Shown here in pieces: positions 1 to 9,181 of a stretch of DNA of 64,000 nucleotides. The notes under the pieces are model-generated. The model did not search any database. It saw only the letters and a list, made by a program, of their open reading frames with translations, and was not told the origin of the DNA. Source of the stretch: an uncultured Clostridia bacterium (GTDB taxonomy: Bacteria > Bacillota > Clostridia > TANB77 > CAG-508); assembly GCA_904419495.1 (NCBI GenBank), contig CAJFRV010000012.1, positions 7,133-71,132 of the forward strand, in the 5' to 3' direction. The position numbers were made by a program, and so were the translations under genes. Every line of letters starts with the position of its first letter. The first letter of the stretch is position 1.

Positions 1-668
1 ACCTCTCCCGCTATTATCATTCCAGCAACAGATGGTACATAAGATATACTCGCTGGTATTCTACTTTGTCCTTCATGTTTTATTAGCTCTTCCTTTGAAT
101 ATAAAACTTTTAAATTTTTTATTCCTCTCTTTTTTAATTCCTTTCTCATAACTTTTGCCAATGGACATACTGATGTTTTATAAATATCTTCTATTCTGAA
201 CTGTGTTGCATCTAATTTATTTCCTGTTCCCATACAAGAAATAATTGGTATATTTTGTTCTTTTGCTCTAATAATTAATTTCAACTTTGTTGTTACTGTA
301 TCTACTGCATCTATTACATAGTCAATTGTATTATTAATTAATGTTTCTTCTCCTCCTTCTATATCTTGAGGCATATATGTTTCTATTTTTACATTTGGAT
401 TAATTGATAATATTCTCTCCTTCATACAATCAATCTTTCGCTTTCCTATATTTTCAATTGTTGCATGTATTTGCCTATTTAAATTACTAGGAGATATAAC
501 ATCATTATCTACAAGTACTATATTTTCAATTCCTGCTCTTATTAATCCTTCTACTACAAAAGAACCTACACCTCCAATTCCATATACAATAATTTTTGCT
601 CTTAATAATTTTTCTAAGTTTTCCTTACCAAGTAATAATTCTGTTCTTGCATTCCATTTTTCTTTCAT
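1..668 (-). CDS. tcdA: ThiF/MoeB-type E1-like enzyme, most like tRNA threonylcarbamoyladenosine dehydratase (TcdA/CsdL); 3' end outside window
   Basis: Own translation of the minus strand from ATG at 668-666: MKEKWNARTELLLGKENLEKLLRAKIIVYGIGGVGSFVVEGLIRAGIENIVLVDNDVISPSNLNRQIHA... The GxGGxG Rossmann loop followed by NLNRQ is the TcdA/ThiF signature. It is absent from the ORF track because it runs off the window edge. Confidence 0.7.
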   Translation of the reverse strand, partial: MKEKWNARTELLLGKENLEKLLRAKIIVYGIGGVGSFVVEGLIRAGIENIVLVDNDVISPSNLNRQIHATIENIGKRKIDCMKERILSINPNVKIETYMPQDIEGGEETLINNTIDYVIDAVDTVTTKLKLIIRAKEQNIPIISCMGTGNKLDATQFRIEDIYKTSVCPLAKVMRKELKKRGIKNLKVLYSKEELIKHEGQSRIPASISYVPSVAGMIIAGE

Positions 669-686
669 TTTTCTCTTTCCTTTTCT

Positions 687-1514
687 TTACTCACTTACTG
701 TTATTTTCTTAAATATAATTTCTGCATTTTCTTTTTGTATATTCAATCCAAGATACATCTTTGGTATATATAAATTAAATTCATTTCCTTCATCAAACAT
801 TAATTTCAAATGATATCCTAATATTGTTTCTTTTGCTTTTTTTACAATTAATTTATTTATGTCAAAAATATATCCTCGTTCAATATATTTTTTGGTCTTT
901 TTAGATAATTCAAAAAAATAACTTTGTGTATCATCAAAGCACAACAAATAAGCTGGGCTTATAAATGTCTTTTCCCATAATATATGTTTCTTTTTTATTG
1001 GTTTTACCTTTACCACCAAATATTTCATATTTTGTATATGATTAATCTTGAAAAATTCTTGAACATTTTTACCATTAAACTTTTTGAATTCATAAGCTTT
1101 TGTCTTTTTTTCTTTATCAAAAAAACTTTTTCTTCCTATTGTTTTTGCTTTTACTTTTTCTATTATTTTTTTATTTATCAGATAACCAACAAATACGCCT
1201 ACTGTATAAGCACAAACTAACAATAAATTTATTCTTAAAATAAATATATAGCCCAATATATACACTATAATACTATTTCTCAAAAAATTTTTACTAAATT
1301 CCTTTTCTGTAAATTCTCCTATATATTTTTTCATAGTAGACATTGCTAAAATACTTCCTAATAATGGTGCTATAAAAATCAACATTAAAAGAAGAATTAA
1401 TGTACTACTATTAGCAGAAATGATATTGATTGCCAATACCATAAAGATTTCTATTGCTATGAATAATAGAATGGAATAAAGAATAAAAAATTTTCTTTGT
1501 GTCATATTTTTCAT
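687..1514 (-). CDS. Membrane protein of unknown function (about four N-terminal TM helices plus a soluble C-terminal domain)
   Basis: ORF track, 275 aa. Hydrophobic helices include FILYSILLFIAIEIFMVLAINII, LILLLMLIFIAPLLGSILA, IIVYILGYIFIL and LLVCAYTVGVFVGYLI. I recognise no motif in the C-terminal ~150 aa. It ends 19 nt upstream of the tcdA start on the same strand. Confidence 0.6.
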   Translation of the reverse strand: MKNMTQRKFFILYSILLFIAIEIFMVLAINIISANSSTLILLLMLIFIAPLLGSILAMSTMKKYIGEFTEKEFSKNFLRNSIIVYILGYIFILRINLLLVCAYTVGVFVGYLINKKIIEKVKAKTIGRKSFFDKEKKTKAYEFKKFNGKNVQEFFKINHIQNMKYLVVKVKPIKKKHILWEKTFISPAYLLCFDDTQSYFFELSKKTKKYIERGYIFDINKLIVKKAKETILGYHLKLMFDEGNEFNLYIPKMYLGLNIQKENAEIIFKKITVSE

Positions 1515-1649
1515 AATTTAGTCTCCTTTAACTATATTTTTATCATTTTACAGTATTATACAACTTTTGTGAATTTTTTTCTAGATTTCTTTGTGATTTA
1601 TTATTTGAAGGTCAATTTTTAAATTAAAAATACAGTTCCAATTTTTGCT

Positions 1650-1821
1650 GTTCTATTGCCTAAGGGGATATATATTATATTTTTAAGCGAGTTTCGTGGG
1701 GACCGACACACTACATATTCTTAATAAATCAGTGACAGCACCGTGGGAACTGATTTAGTTAGAATATGTAAAGTGTTGGGATAGCGTAAAATATAATATA
1801 TATCCCCTTAGGCAATAGAAC
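1650..1821. repeat. Foldback element, family 1, copy 1 (33-bp perfect outer stem, conserved asymmetric core)
   Basis: gttctattgcctaaggggatatatattatattt (1650-1682) is the exact reverse complement of aaatataatatatatccccttaggcaatagaac (1789-1821). The inner core GTTTCGTGGGGACCGACAC ... GTGTTGGGATAGCG is shared with the copy at 11315-11497. It lies between divergently transcribed genes. Confidence 0.9.
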
Positions 1822-1929
1822 ATTAAAATAGTAAAATTAAAAGCTTATATCTTTTGGATTGAAATTTAACTTGCTAAATGTTTATAAATGGTATACAATA
1901 CAATCACTTATTATTTTAAGGAGTTATAT

Positions 1930-3522
1930 ATGTTACGAATTCAAAATATAAAAATACGAAAAAATATTTCTGATGAGGCACTGATTCATTTCGTTTTAAA
2001 GACATATCATATTAGCCCTTCAGATGTTATTGATTGGCATATTGTAAAAAAGTCTATCGATGCTAGAAAAAAGACAGATGTTCACTTTCAATATACAATT
2101 GATATCCATGTAAAAGATGAAAATAAATACCCACATGTTCAAAAAACAAAAACTACAGATATTGAAAATACAATAAATCCTAATATGCTTGTTTCTTTAA
2201 AATCAGAACCTTCTCCCGTCATTATTGGAGCAGGTCCTGCTGGATTATTTTCGGCTTTAACCTTTATCCAAAATGGTATTTCTCCCATTATTATTGAACA
2301 AGGAAAAACAGTAGAAGATAGAAAAAAAGATGTTGATAATTTTTTACACCACAAAATTTTAAATTGTTCATCAAATGTGCAATTTGGTGAAGGTGGTGCT
2401 GGTACTTTCTCTGACGGCAAATTAACGACTGGAATTCACAATCCTTTATGTCAAAAAGTTTTAAAAGAATTTGTTCATTTTGGAGCTCCTGAAGAAATTT
2501 TATACCTATCAAAACCGCATATTGGAACAGATAAGTTAATTCATGTCATCCAAAACATGAGAAACTATATATTGTCAAAAGGTGGAACTTTTCATTTTAA
2601 TACAAAATTTATTAACTTTACGATTAAAGATAATAGGATACATTCGGTATTATTAAAAAACTTAGAGAACAACACCATTTTTGAGATACCAGCTACAAGA
2701 TTAATTTTAGCTATTGGTCATAGTTCAAGAGATACTTTTGAATTGTTATATCAAAATGGTATTCATATGGAAAAGAAAAATTTTTCTGTTGGTGTTAGAA
2801 TTGAACATCTACAAAAAGCAATTAATTCAGCACAATATGGTGAAATAACAAATTTAAAACTACCTCCTGCTGAATACAAATTGGCCTATCATTCTTCTTC
2901 TGGTCGTTCTTGCTATACGTTTTGTATGTGTCCGGGTGGAACAGTTATCGCCTCTTCCAGTGAAAAACATACGATTGTTACAAATGGTATGAGTAATTAT
3001 TTAAGAAATGGTACAAATGCAAATTCTGCCTTACTTGTAAATGTAACACCTGAAGACTTTATTGATACTTCTCCTTTAGCAGGTATCTATTTTCAAAAAA
3101 ATTTAGAAGAAAAAGCTTTTGTATTAGGAGGCTCAAACTATCATGCACCTGTTCAAAAAGTAGAAGATTTCTTAAAAAACAGAAAATCTTCTTGTATTGG
3201 TTCTATTATTCCTTCTTATCTACCCGGCTACACTTTGTCTAATTTAAATGATATTCTTCCAGAATTTGTTTCTACTACATTAAAGGAAGGTATTTTATAT
3301 TTTGACAAAAAATTAAAAGGATTTGCTAATCCAGATAGTATATTAACAGGTGTTGAAACAAGAAGCTCCTCTCCTGTCAAAATACCTAGAGATATAAATT
3401 GCATATCAAATGTAGATGGGATCTATCCTTGTGGTGAAGGTGCTGGATATGCAGGTGGTATCATGTCTGCTGCTGTAGATGGAATACATACAAGTTTATC
3501 AATTTTAAGGACTATTCACTAG
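1930..3522 (+). CDS. FAD-dependent oxidoreductase (COG2509-type uncharacterised FAD-dependent dehydrogenase)
   Basis: ORF track 1888..3522. I place the start at ATG 1930 (MLRIQNIKI...), which sits 6 nt after AAGGAG at 1918-1923. Dinucleotide-binding motif VIIGAGPAGLFSAL; C-terminal GIYPCGEGAGYAGGI typical of this family. Confidence 0.75.
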   Translation: MLRIQNIKIRKNISDEALIHFVLKTYHISPSDVIDWHIVKKSIDARKKTDVHFQYTIDIHVKDENKYPHVQKTKTTDIENTINPNMLVSLKSEPSPVIIGAGPAGLFSALTFIQNGISPIIIEQGKTVEDRKKDVDNFLHHKILNCSSNVQFGEGGAGTFSDGKLTTGIHNPLCQKVLKEFVHFGAPEEILYLSKPHIGTDKLIHVIQNMRNYILSKGGTFHFNTKFINFTIKDNRIHSVLLKNLENNTIFEIPATRLILAIGHSSRDTFELLYQNGIHMEKKNFSVGVRIEHLQKAINSAQYGEITNLKLPPAEYKLAYHSSSGRSCYTFCMCPGGTVIASSSEKHTIVTNGMSNYLRNGTNANSALLVNVTPEDFIDTSPLAGIYFQKNLEEKAFVLGGSNYHAPVQKVEDFLKNRKSSCIGSIIPSYLPGYTLSNLNDILPEFVSTTLKEGILYFDKKLKGFANPDSILTGVETRSSSPVKIPRDINCISNVDGIYPCGEGAGYAGGIMSAAVDGIHTSLSILRTIH

Positions 3523-4657
3523 TCCTTATTTCTTTTATAATTTCTGTTAAACTTTCCACCAGATAGTTTATATCTTCTTTTGTGTTATCTTCTCCTAATG
3601 TAACTCTTAATGTTCCTTCTGCATATTCACTTGGCAATCCAATTGCTGTTAATACATGTGATGGTGAACCACTTCCAGAGGAACATGCACTTCCTGCAGA
3701 AGCACATATTCCTCTTTCATCTAATTTCATTAATAATTCATTACCATTTACTCCTTTAAAAGATATGTTACTATTTCCCGGAAGTCTCTTTTCCATAGAT
3801 CCATTTATTTGAATATCCACTATTTCATCTTTTATTCTAGAAATATATTCATCTCTTAGCTCAGTTAGTTGCTTGATATGTTCTTCCATATTTTCTTTTG
3901 CAATCTTGCAAGCTTCCCCTAGTCCTATCATTCCGGGTACATTTTCTGTTCCAGCTCTCTTATCTCTTTCTTGATGTCCACCATCTATAAATTTTTTAAA
4001 TTCTATTGATTTATTAACATACAAAGCCCCAATGCCTTTTGGTGCACCTATCTTGTGTCCTGATAATGATAACATATCAATCTTCATCTTTTTTACATCA
4101 ATTTCTACATTTCCACATGCTTGAACTGCATCTGTATGAAAAATAATTCCTCTTTTATTAGCTATTTCTCCAATTCTTTCAATTGGCTGTATAGATCCAA
4201 TTTCATTATTTGCGAACATAATACTAAGTAATACTGTATCTTTTCTAATAGCATTATTTAATTCTTCTAGTTCTATAATTCCTTCTTTATTAACATTTAG
4301 ATATGTTATTTGATAGCCTTCTTCCTCTAATCTTTCACAAGTATGTAATATTGCAGGATGTTCTATTTTCGTGGTTATCATATGTTTTCCTTTATTCTTT
4401 TCTAGATGCATAATTCCTTTTAACGCTGTATTATCACTTTCTGTTCCTCCACTCGTAAAAATAATTTCATTTCTATCACAATTAATTAAATTTGCCACAT
4501 TTTTCCTTGCCTCTTCTACCCCCACCCTTGCAATTCTTCCTAGTTTGTACAATGATGATGGATTTCCATATTGCTCCACAAAATATGGAAACATTTTATC
4601 TAATACCTCTTTCTTTACCCTTGTTGTTGCTGCATGGTCAAAATATCTCATTTTCAT
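3512..4657 (-). CDS. nifS: Cysteine desulfurase, NifS/IscS class V aminotransferase
   Basis: 381 aa. Motifs YFDHAATT, PLP-lysine region SLSGHKIGAPKGIGALY, and the active-site Cys loop ASAGSACSSGS. Confidence 0.85.
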   Translation of the reverse strand: MKMRYFDHAATTRVKKEVLDKMFPYFVEQYGNPSSLYKLGRIARVGVEEARKNVANLINCDRNEIIFTSGGTESDNTALKGIMHLEKNKGKHMITTKIEHPAILHTCERLEEEGYQITYLNVNKEGIIELEELNNAIRKDTVLLSIMFANNEIGSIQPIERIGEIANKRGIIFHTDAVQACGNVEIDVKKMKIDMLSLSGHKIGAPKGIGALYVNKSIEFKKFIDGGHQERDKRAGTENVPGMIGLGEACKIAKENMEEHIKQLTELRDEYISRIKDEIVDIQINGSMEKRLPGNSNISFKGVNGNELLMKLDERGICASAGSACSSGSGSPSHVLTAIGLPSEYAEGTLRVTLGEDNTKEDINYLVESLTEIIKEIRTSE

Positions 4658-4697
4658 TTTCTTCTCTCCTCAAAAAATCTTCTTATCCAATTTTATG

Positions 4698-5552
4698 CTA
4701 TTTCTCATAGATTATTTCCTTAATTTTATCAATTTGATTAACTGTTTCTACATATCCATATTGATAACAACTATCTAATTTTTTTACATCTAGTAATCCC
4801 ATCCTATCTGTCCCAATAGTTAAAATATAATCGCTTTGTTTTAAATTTTCCTCTGATATTTTATTTCCCATTAAATCAATTGCTCTCATAGCAATATCCA
4901 TATAATTACTAGTGTCTTCTATATCATCTGCCTTAAAATTAACGGCCAATACTTTATCAATTCCTTGTTTCTTTACTTCTATTACTGGTATATTATTTAA
5001 TGCTCCTCCATCTAAAAATTTATGTTCTCCAAAATCACATGGGCAAAAAACAGCTGGAAAACTACTACTAGCTCTTAATGCTTTTCCTACGCTAATATCC
5101 ATTATATATTTTCCATAAACATTTTTTTCTTCTGGTATACGGTTTGTAAAAATATATTCTCTGCCATTTTTTATATCTACCGCTGGTATAGATATCGGTA
5201 TTTTATCTACCTGTGAAATTTTATATACTCCTTTTGCTTTTGCTAATGTATTAAAAATATCTTCTATTTTCTCTCCATTTCTTAATCCTGAACTTTCCTT
5301 ATTAAAAATATTGCGTACTTGATAAATAATTTGATTTAGACCCGTACCAACAATTTGTTTTGAATGTTTTTTAAATAACATATAGATATCATCTGGTGTA
5401 TATCCTAATACATATAATCCTGCAATAAGAGCTCCCGAACTTGTTCCTCCTATGGCATCTATTTTTATATGATTATCTTCTAACGCTTTTAATACACCAG
5501 CATGTGCAATTCCTCTAATTCCTCCACCTGACAAAGCTAATCCTAGTTTCAC
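4698..5552 (-). CDS. Patatin-like phospholipase
   Basis: 284 aa. Oxyanion motif GLALSGGGIRG, nucleophile elbow GTSSGA, and a DGG catalytic Asp motif (KFLDGGALNN). Confidence 0.85.
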   Translation of the reverse strand: MKLGLALSGGGIRGIAHAGVLKALEDNHIKIDAIGGTSSGALIAGLYVLGYTPDDIYMLFKKHSKQIVGTGLNQIIYQVRNIFNKESSGLRNGEKIEDIFNTLAKAKGVYKISQVDKIPISIPAVDIKNGREYIFTNRIPEEKNVYGKYIMDISVGKALRASSSFPAVFCPCDFGEHKFLDGGALNNIPVIEVKKQGIDKVLAVNFKADDIEDTSNYMDIAMRAIDLMGNKISEENLKQSDYILTIGTDRMGLLDVKKLDSCYQYGYVETVNQIDKIKEIIYEK

Positions 5553-5636
5553 CTTTTCACCTTTTCTCTTTTTATTTTTTATAGTATTTACAATTTGATA
5601 TATTTTTAATCATTTAAATATTTTGTTCTATACAAG

Positions 5637-5813
5637 GACAAATCTCGCTTCGTGAGAACTTTTTTCTACTTTTTTAATTTAACTATATATATTTAAGTTC
5701 TCGAAGAAGCGTAAAGATTTGTCGAGGCGAAAAATTGCTATACAATTTTTCTGTACAATGTTATTTTTTTATTGAATAGGAAAAATCGCTTTTTCCTATT
5801 CAATAAAAAAATA
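5637..5813. repeat. Composite intergenic repeat, family 2, copy A (hairpin module, conserved linker, bidirectional terminator hairpin)
   Basis: gacaaatctcgcttcgtgagaac...gttctcgaagaagcgtaaagatttgtc hairpin, then ...caatttttctgtacaa..., then ttattgaataggaaaaatcgctttttcctattcaataa. The same architecture occurs at 19228-19402, and the 3' half alone at 61311-61390. Confidence 0.85.
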
Positions 5814-5840
5814 GATTCAAATTGAATCTACTTTTTTGTT

Positions 5841-7574
5841 TTATTTTGTATAATAAAATTCTCCATATCCATATTCTACTTTATAATATTCTTTAATAAA
5901 TTCTGGCTCTGTTTTTACATTAAAAGTATAGGTTGGTTCTACTATAATTTCTCCTTTGCTATTAACAACACCCCATTTTCCATCTAGCTCAATTCCTGCA
6001 TATCCATAAGAATTTATATCTGTGGTTTTATCATAAATATAATCTATAACTACCTTTCCAGATTTATCAACAAATCCCCATTTTCCATCTTGAGATTTTG
6101 CATAAATTTGATTATCTGGCAATACCTCCGTATTTTGTTTTTCATTTCCTTGTAAATCAAAATATCTTGTTTCTGTATCATTATACACTTTTACATAATT
6201 TTCTTCTGTATTAATTATTCCATTTGTCATTTCACATAGTTGTTGTAAATCTTTATTGTAAATTTGTATTGAATTATTTTCTGATAATCTTGTTATTATA
6301 TAATCTGTATTATCTAATTTCTCAATAGAATCATATTTTGTATCTATAATTTTTTCTCCTTTATCATTAATAACCCCTACTTTTCCACCTGTTATAGAAA
6401 CAATAAAATAGTTATCATATAAGTAATCAATATACGTATAGTTTTCTGTAGTTAATTGATTTCCTTCTTTATCTATAATACTATATACTGATCCTTGTGA
6501 ATTATCTATTTTAATTTTATAATTCTCATTTTCTGTTTCTAATGTATAAATATTACTATCTATATCTACTTTTGTTCCATCTTTTTTATACACTTGTATA
6601 TTTCCACTTGCATCAGTTGCATATATATACATACCTGTACTATCTATTTGTGTAAATTCAATTGGTATAATAATATTTCCTTCAATTGTTGCTACACCAA
6701 ATTTTTTTGTTTTTTCTAATGTTACTGTTCCATTTTCGCTATTATAAGAAATAGATTGATATTCATTTTTTATAACCTGCTTCTCATTTTTATACATACC
6801 ATATTGTCCGTTTTGAGCAGCTATCAAATAAATATCATTACCTTTTATATCTATGATTCTAGATATCTCATTATATTCTGTTTGTAATATCATATTTCCT
6901 TTAACATCCACATATCCATATCGATATCCATTTTCTGTTGTATTAGATACAATATATCCAGCATCTTTATATCCATTTTCTTCTGTTGTATAATTATCCG
7001 GACTTATTTGATCATATTCTGCCTTTACTAATTCATTACCTTTATTATTGATAACACCATACTTTCCATCTATCTTTACTAATAATTCTCCCTCTTTATA
7101 TGGTAATCCTTCAATAGATTCATAAATCGGTTTTGCAATTATCTCTCCTTCTAAATTGATTAATCCTATTTTTCCATCTTGCTCATAAGTTAATACATTC
7201 TTCTCATACATTAAATCACTAGCAATATTTTTCAACTTTATCGGCTGTATATGACTATATTGTGCATATATTTGTTCTTGATTTTGATTCAATATTTTGG
7301 TCTCTTCTCCTGTATAGCAGATAAAAACTTCTTTTTCTGGGTTTGGTATTACGATATTTGTATATTCTGGATCGATTACAATATCTCCATTTTTATTGAT
7401 AACCCCATAATTTCCATTTTGTCTTAATATAAAATACTGATAATTGTCAACACTTAATTTCTCGATTTCATATTGTCTTCCATTTTCTTTAATTTGTTGA
7501 TACACAAACCATCCTACTATTCCTAATACAATTAGTAATATAATGATTAATATAACTATATATTTTTTCTTCAT
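5841..7574 (-). CDS. WG-repeat (KWG-type) protein with N-terminal membrane anchor
   Basis: ORF track 5841..7598. Likely start is ATG 7574 (MKKKYIVILIIILLIVLGIVGWF), after AAGGTAGGGA. It contains many units of the form G(K/Q)(W/Y)G(V/F)(I/V)(N/D)xxG. Confidence 0.8.
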   Translation of the reverse strand: MKKKYIVILIIILLIVLGIVGWFVYQQIKENGRQYEIEKLSVDNYQYFILRQNGNYGVINKNGDIVIDPEYTNIVIPNPEKEVFICYTGEETKILNQNQEQIYAQYSHIQPIKLKNIASDLMYEKNVLTYEQDGKIGLINLEGEIIAKPIYESIEGLPYKEGELLVKIDGKYGVINNKGNELVKAEYDQISPDNYTTEENGYKDAGYIVSNTTENGYRYGYVDVKGNMILQTEYNEISRIIDIKGNDIYLIAAQNGQYGMYKNEKQVIKNEYQSISYNSENGTVTLEKTKKFGVATIEGNIIIPIEFTQIDSTGMYIYATDASGNIQVYKKDGTKVDIDSNIYTLETENENYKIKIDNSQGSVYSIIDKEGNQLTTENYTYIDYLYDNYFIVSITGGKVGVINDKGEKIIDTKYDSIEKLDNTDYIITRLSENNSIQIYNKDLQQLCEMTNGIINTEENYVKVYNDTETRYFDLQGNEKQNTEVLPDNQIYAKSQDGKWGFVDKSGKVVIDYIYDKTTDINSYGYAGIELDGKWGVVNSKGEIIVEPTYTFNVKTEPEFIKEYYKVEYGYGEFYYTK

Positions 7575-7587
7575 ATAATTCCCTACC

Positions 7588-8916
7588 TTATTCTTCATTT
7601 TCTATTTCTTCTTCTGTCTCTATTATATTATTCTTACACGCTTTTACTTTTAATATTCTCTTATCTTCATATTCTTCTATTTTATAGGTTACTTTTTTTG
7701 TTTCTATTACTGGTTTTTCCTCATCTTCTGGGATTCTTCCTAATTCCTCTTGTAAAAAGCCTGATATGGTATCATAATCACCTTCTGGAATTCCTGCATC
7801 TAATAATTTATTGACATCATAAATCGGCAAACTTCCTGCTAGCATATAGGTATTTTCATCAATTTTTTCATATTCTTTTTCTTCTTTGTCATATTCATCA
7901 TATATGTCTCCAACAAGTTCTTCTAATATATCCTCCATAGTAACTAATCCTGCTGTTCCACCATACTCATCAACAATAATGGCAATTTGCATTTTGTTTT
8001 TTTGTAATTCTTTAAACACTTCATTAATTAAACGATTTTGTGATATAAAGTATGCTTCTTTTATGATATTCTTTACTTTGAAACTTTTCTTATTGATATT
8101 TTTCAATACATCTTTTACATATAAGATACCTTTTATTTCATCAATTGTTTCATCATATACCGGAATTCTACTATAACGATATTCTTCTTTAGATAACTCA
8201 TCCATTAATTCTTCATTACTAATGCCAATATCTACTGCAAATATATCTTTTCTATGTCTCATGATTTCAGATACGGTAATATCATTAAATTCAAAAACAT
8301 TATTGATTAATTCTTTTTCCTCTTCTTTAATCGTTCCTTTTTCTTCTCCTTGATTTACCATCATTTTGATTTCTTCTTCTGTAACGGTTTCTTCTTCATT
8401 TTCTCCAACACCAAACAATTTAGATATCGTATTGGTAACAACTGTTAGTAATTTCACAAACGGTGCTGTTACAATAGAGATTCCTCTAATCACTCCTATT
8501 GTTGCAAAAGATATCTTTTCATAATGTTTCATTGCTAATCGTTTTGGCACCAATTCTCCAAAAACCAAAGTAAAAAATGACAATATAATGGTTATGATAA
8601 TAATAGATATGCTTTTCCACACGCCTATACTAACAGCTGGTATCCAGCCATTTAATATTGGTGCTAACATATCAGCAAAAGTTTCTGATGCAAAAGCACT
8701 TGATAAAAATCCAGCAAGAGTAATTCCAATTTGTATAGTTGCTAAAAATTTGCTTGGCTCCTTTAACATTTTTTCAATTTGTTTTGCTTTTTTATTTCCT
8801 TCCTTTGCTTGTTTTTCTATTTTAGCATCATTTAATGATATAAATGCAATTTCACTCGCCGCAAAATATGCATTTAACAAAATCAGTATAACTAAGACGA
8901 TTAATTGTGAAAACAT
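7588..8916 (-). CDS. CNNM/HlyC-CorC family transporter (DUF21, CBS pair, CorC_HlyC)
   Basis: 442 aa. N-terminal TM DUF21 region (LNAYFAASEIAF), a CBS pair (VSEIMRHRKDIFAV ... GGTAGLVTMEDILEELVG), and a C-terminal CorC-type domain. Confidence 0.85.
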   Translation of the reverse strand: MFSQLIVLVILILLNAYFAASEIAFISLNDAKIEKQAKEGNKKAKQIEKMLKEPSKFLATIQIGITLAGFLSSAFASETFADMLAPILNGWIPAVSIGVWKSISIIIITIILSFFTLVFGELVPKRLAMKHYEKISFATIGVIRGISIVTAPFVKLLTVVTNTISKLFGVGENEEETVTEEEIKMMVNQGEEKGTIKEEEKELINNVFEFNDITVSEIMRHRKDIFAVDIGISNEELMDELSKEEYRYSRIPVYDETIDEIKGILYVKDVLKNINKKSFKVKNIIKEAYFISQNRLINEVFKELQKNKMQIAIIVDEYGGTAGLVTMEDILEELVGDIYDEYDKEEKEYEKIDENTYMLAGSLPIYDVNKLLDAGIPEGDYDTISGFLQEELGRIPEDEEKPVIETKKVTYKIEEYEDKRILKVKACKNNIIETEEEIENEE

Positions 8917-9148
8917 AAATATACGCTCCCTTTTATTTATTAATTTCTTTCATTATGTATTATATACTTTTCTTGTATATTCTACCAAAGTTTACTTTTT
9001 TATTCAATAGATTTAAATGTTTATCTACAGAAAATCTGAACATTGGAGACATGTCAAATCGTTTAGTACCAAATTTTTTAAGTAAAATATAGTATTACAT
9101 TAGCCAAACTGTATATATTCTCAAAGAGAAAAAAGATTTTTATATAGG

Positions 9149-9177
9149 AAAAAGAAGACTTTCATAGTCTTCTTTCT
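9149..9177 (-). terminator. Rho-independent terminator downstream of the adhesin gene
   Basis: On the minus strand: gaaagaagactatgaaagtcttctttttcc, a GC-containing stem followed by a T-run, 5 nt after the stop at 9182. Confidence 0.7.
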
Positions 9178-9181
9178 TATA

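Noticed and set aside
984-1220. Antisense or shadow ORFs listed in the track inside longer genes (e.g. 984..1220, 2139..2420, 2291..2512, 12097..12543, 16043..16507, 30063..30434, 34171..34599, 36166..36525, 50402..50892, 62055..62384)
   Set aside because: They overlap well-supported genes on the opposite strand and lack RBSs. Their low-complexity F/L/I/S-rich translations are typical of the reverse frames of AT-rich coding DNA.
1650-1821. Foldback elements as ordinary Rho-independent terminators
   Set aside because: The stems are 33 to more than 100 bp, far beyond terminator size. Copy 1 of family 1 lies between two divergent gene starts, where no terminator is needed. Several families share motifs and recur. 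Some of them probably also terminate transcription, but that does not explain their structure.
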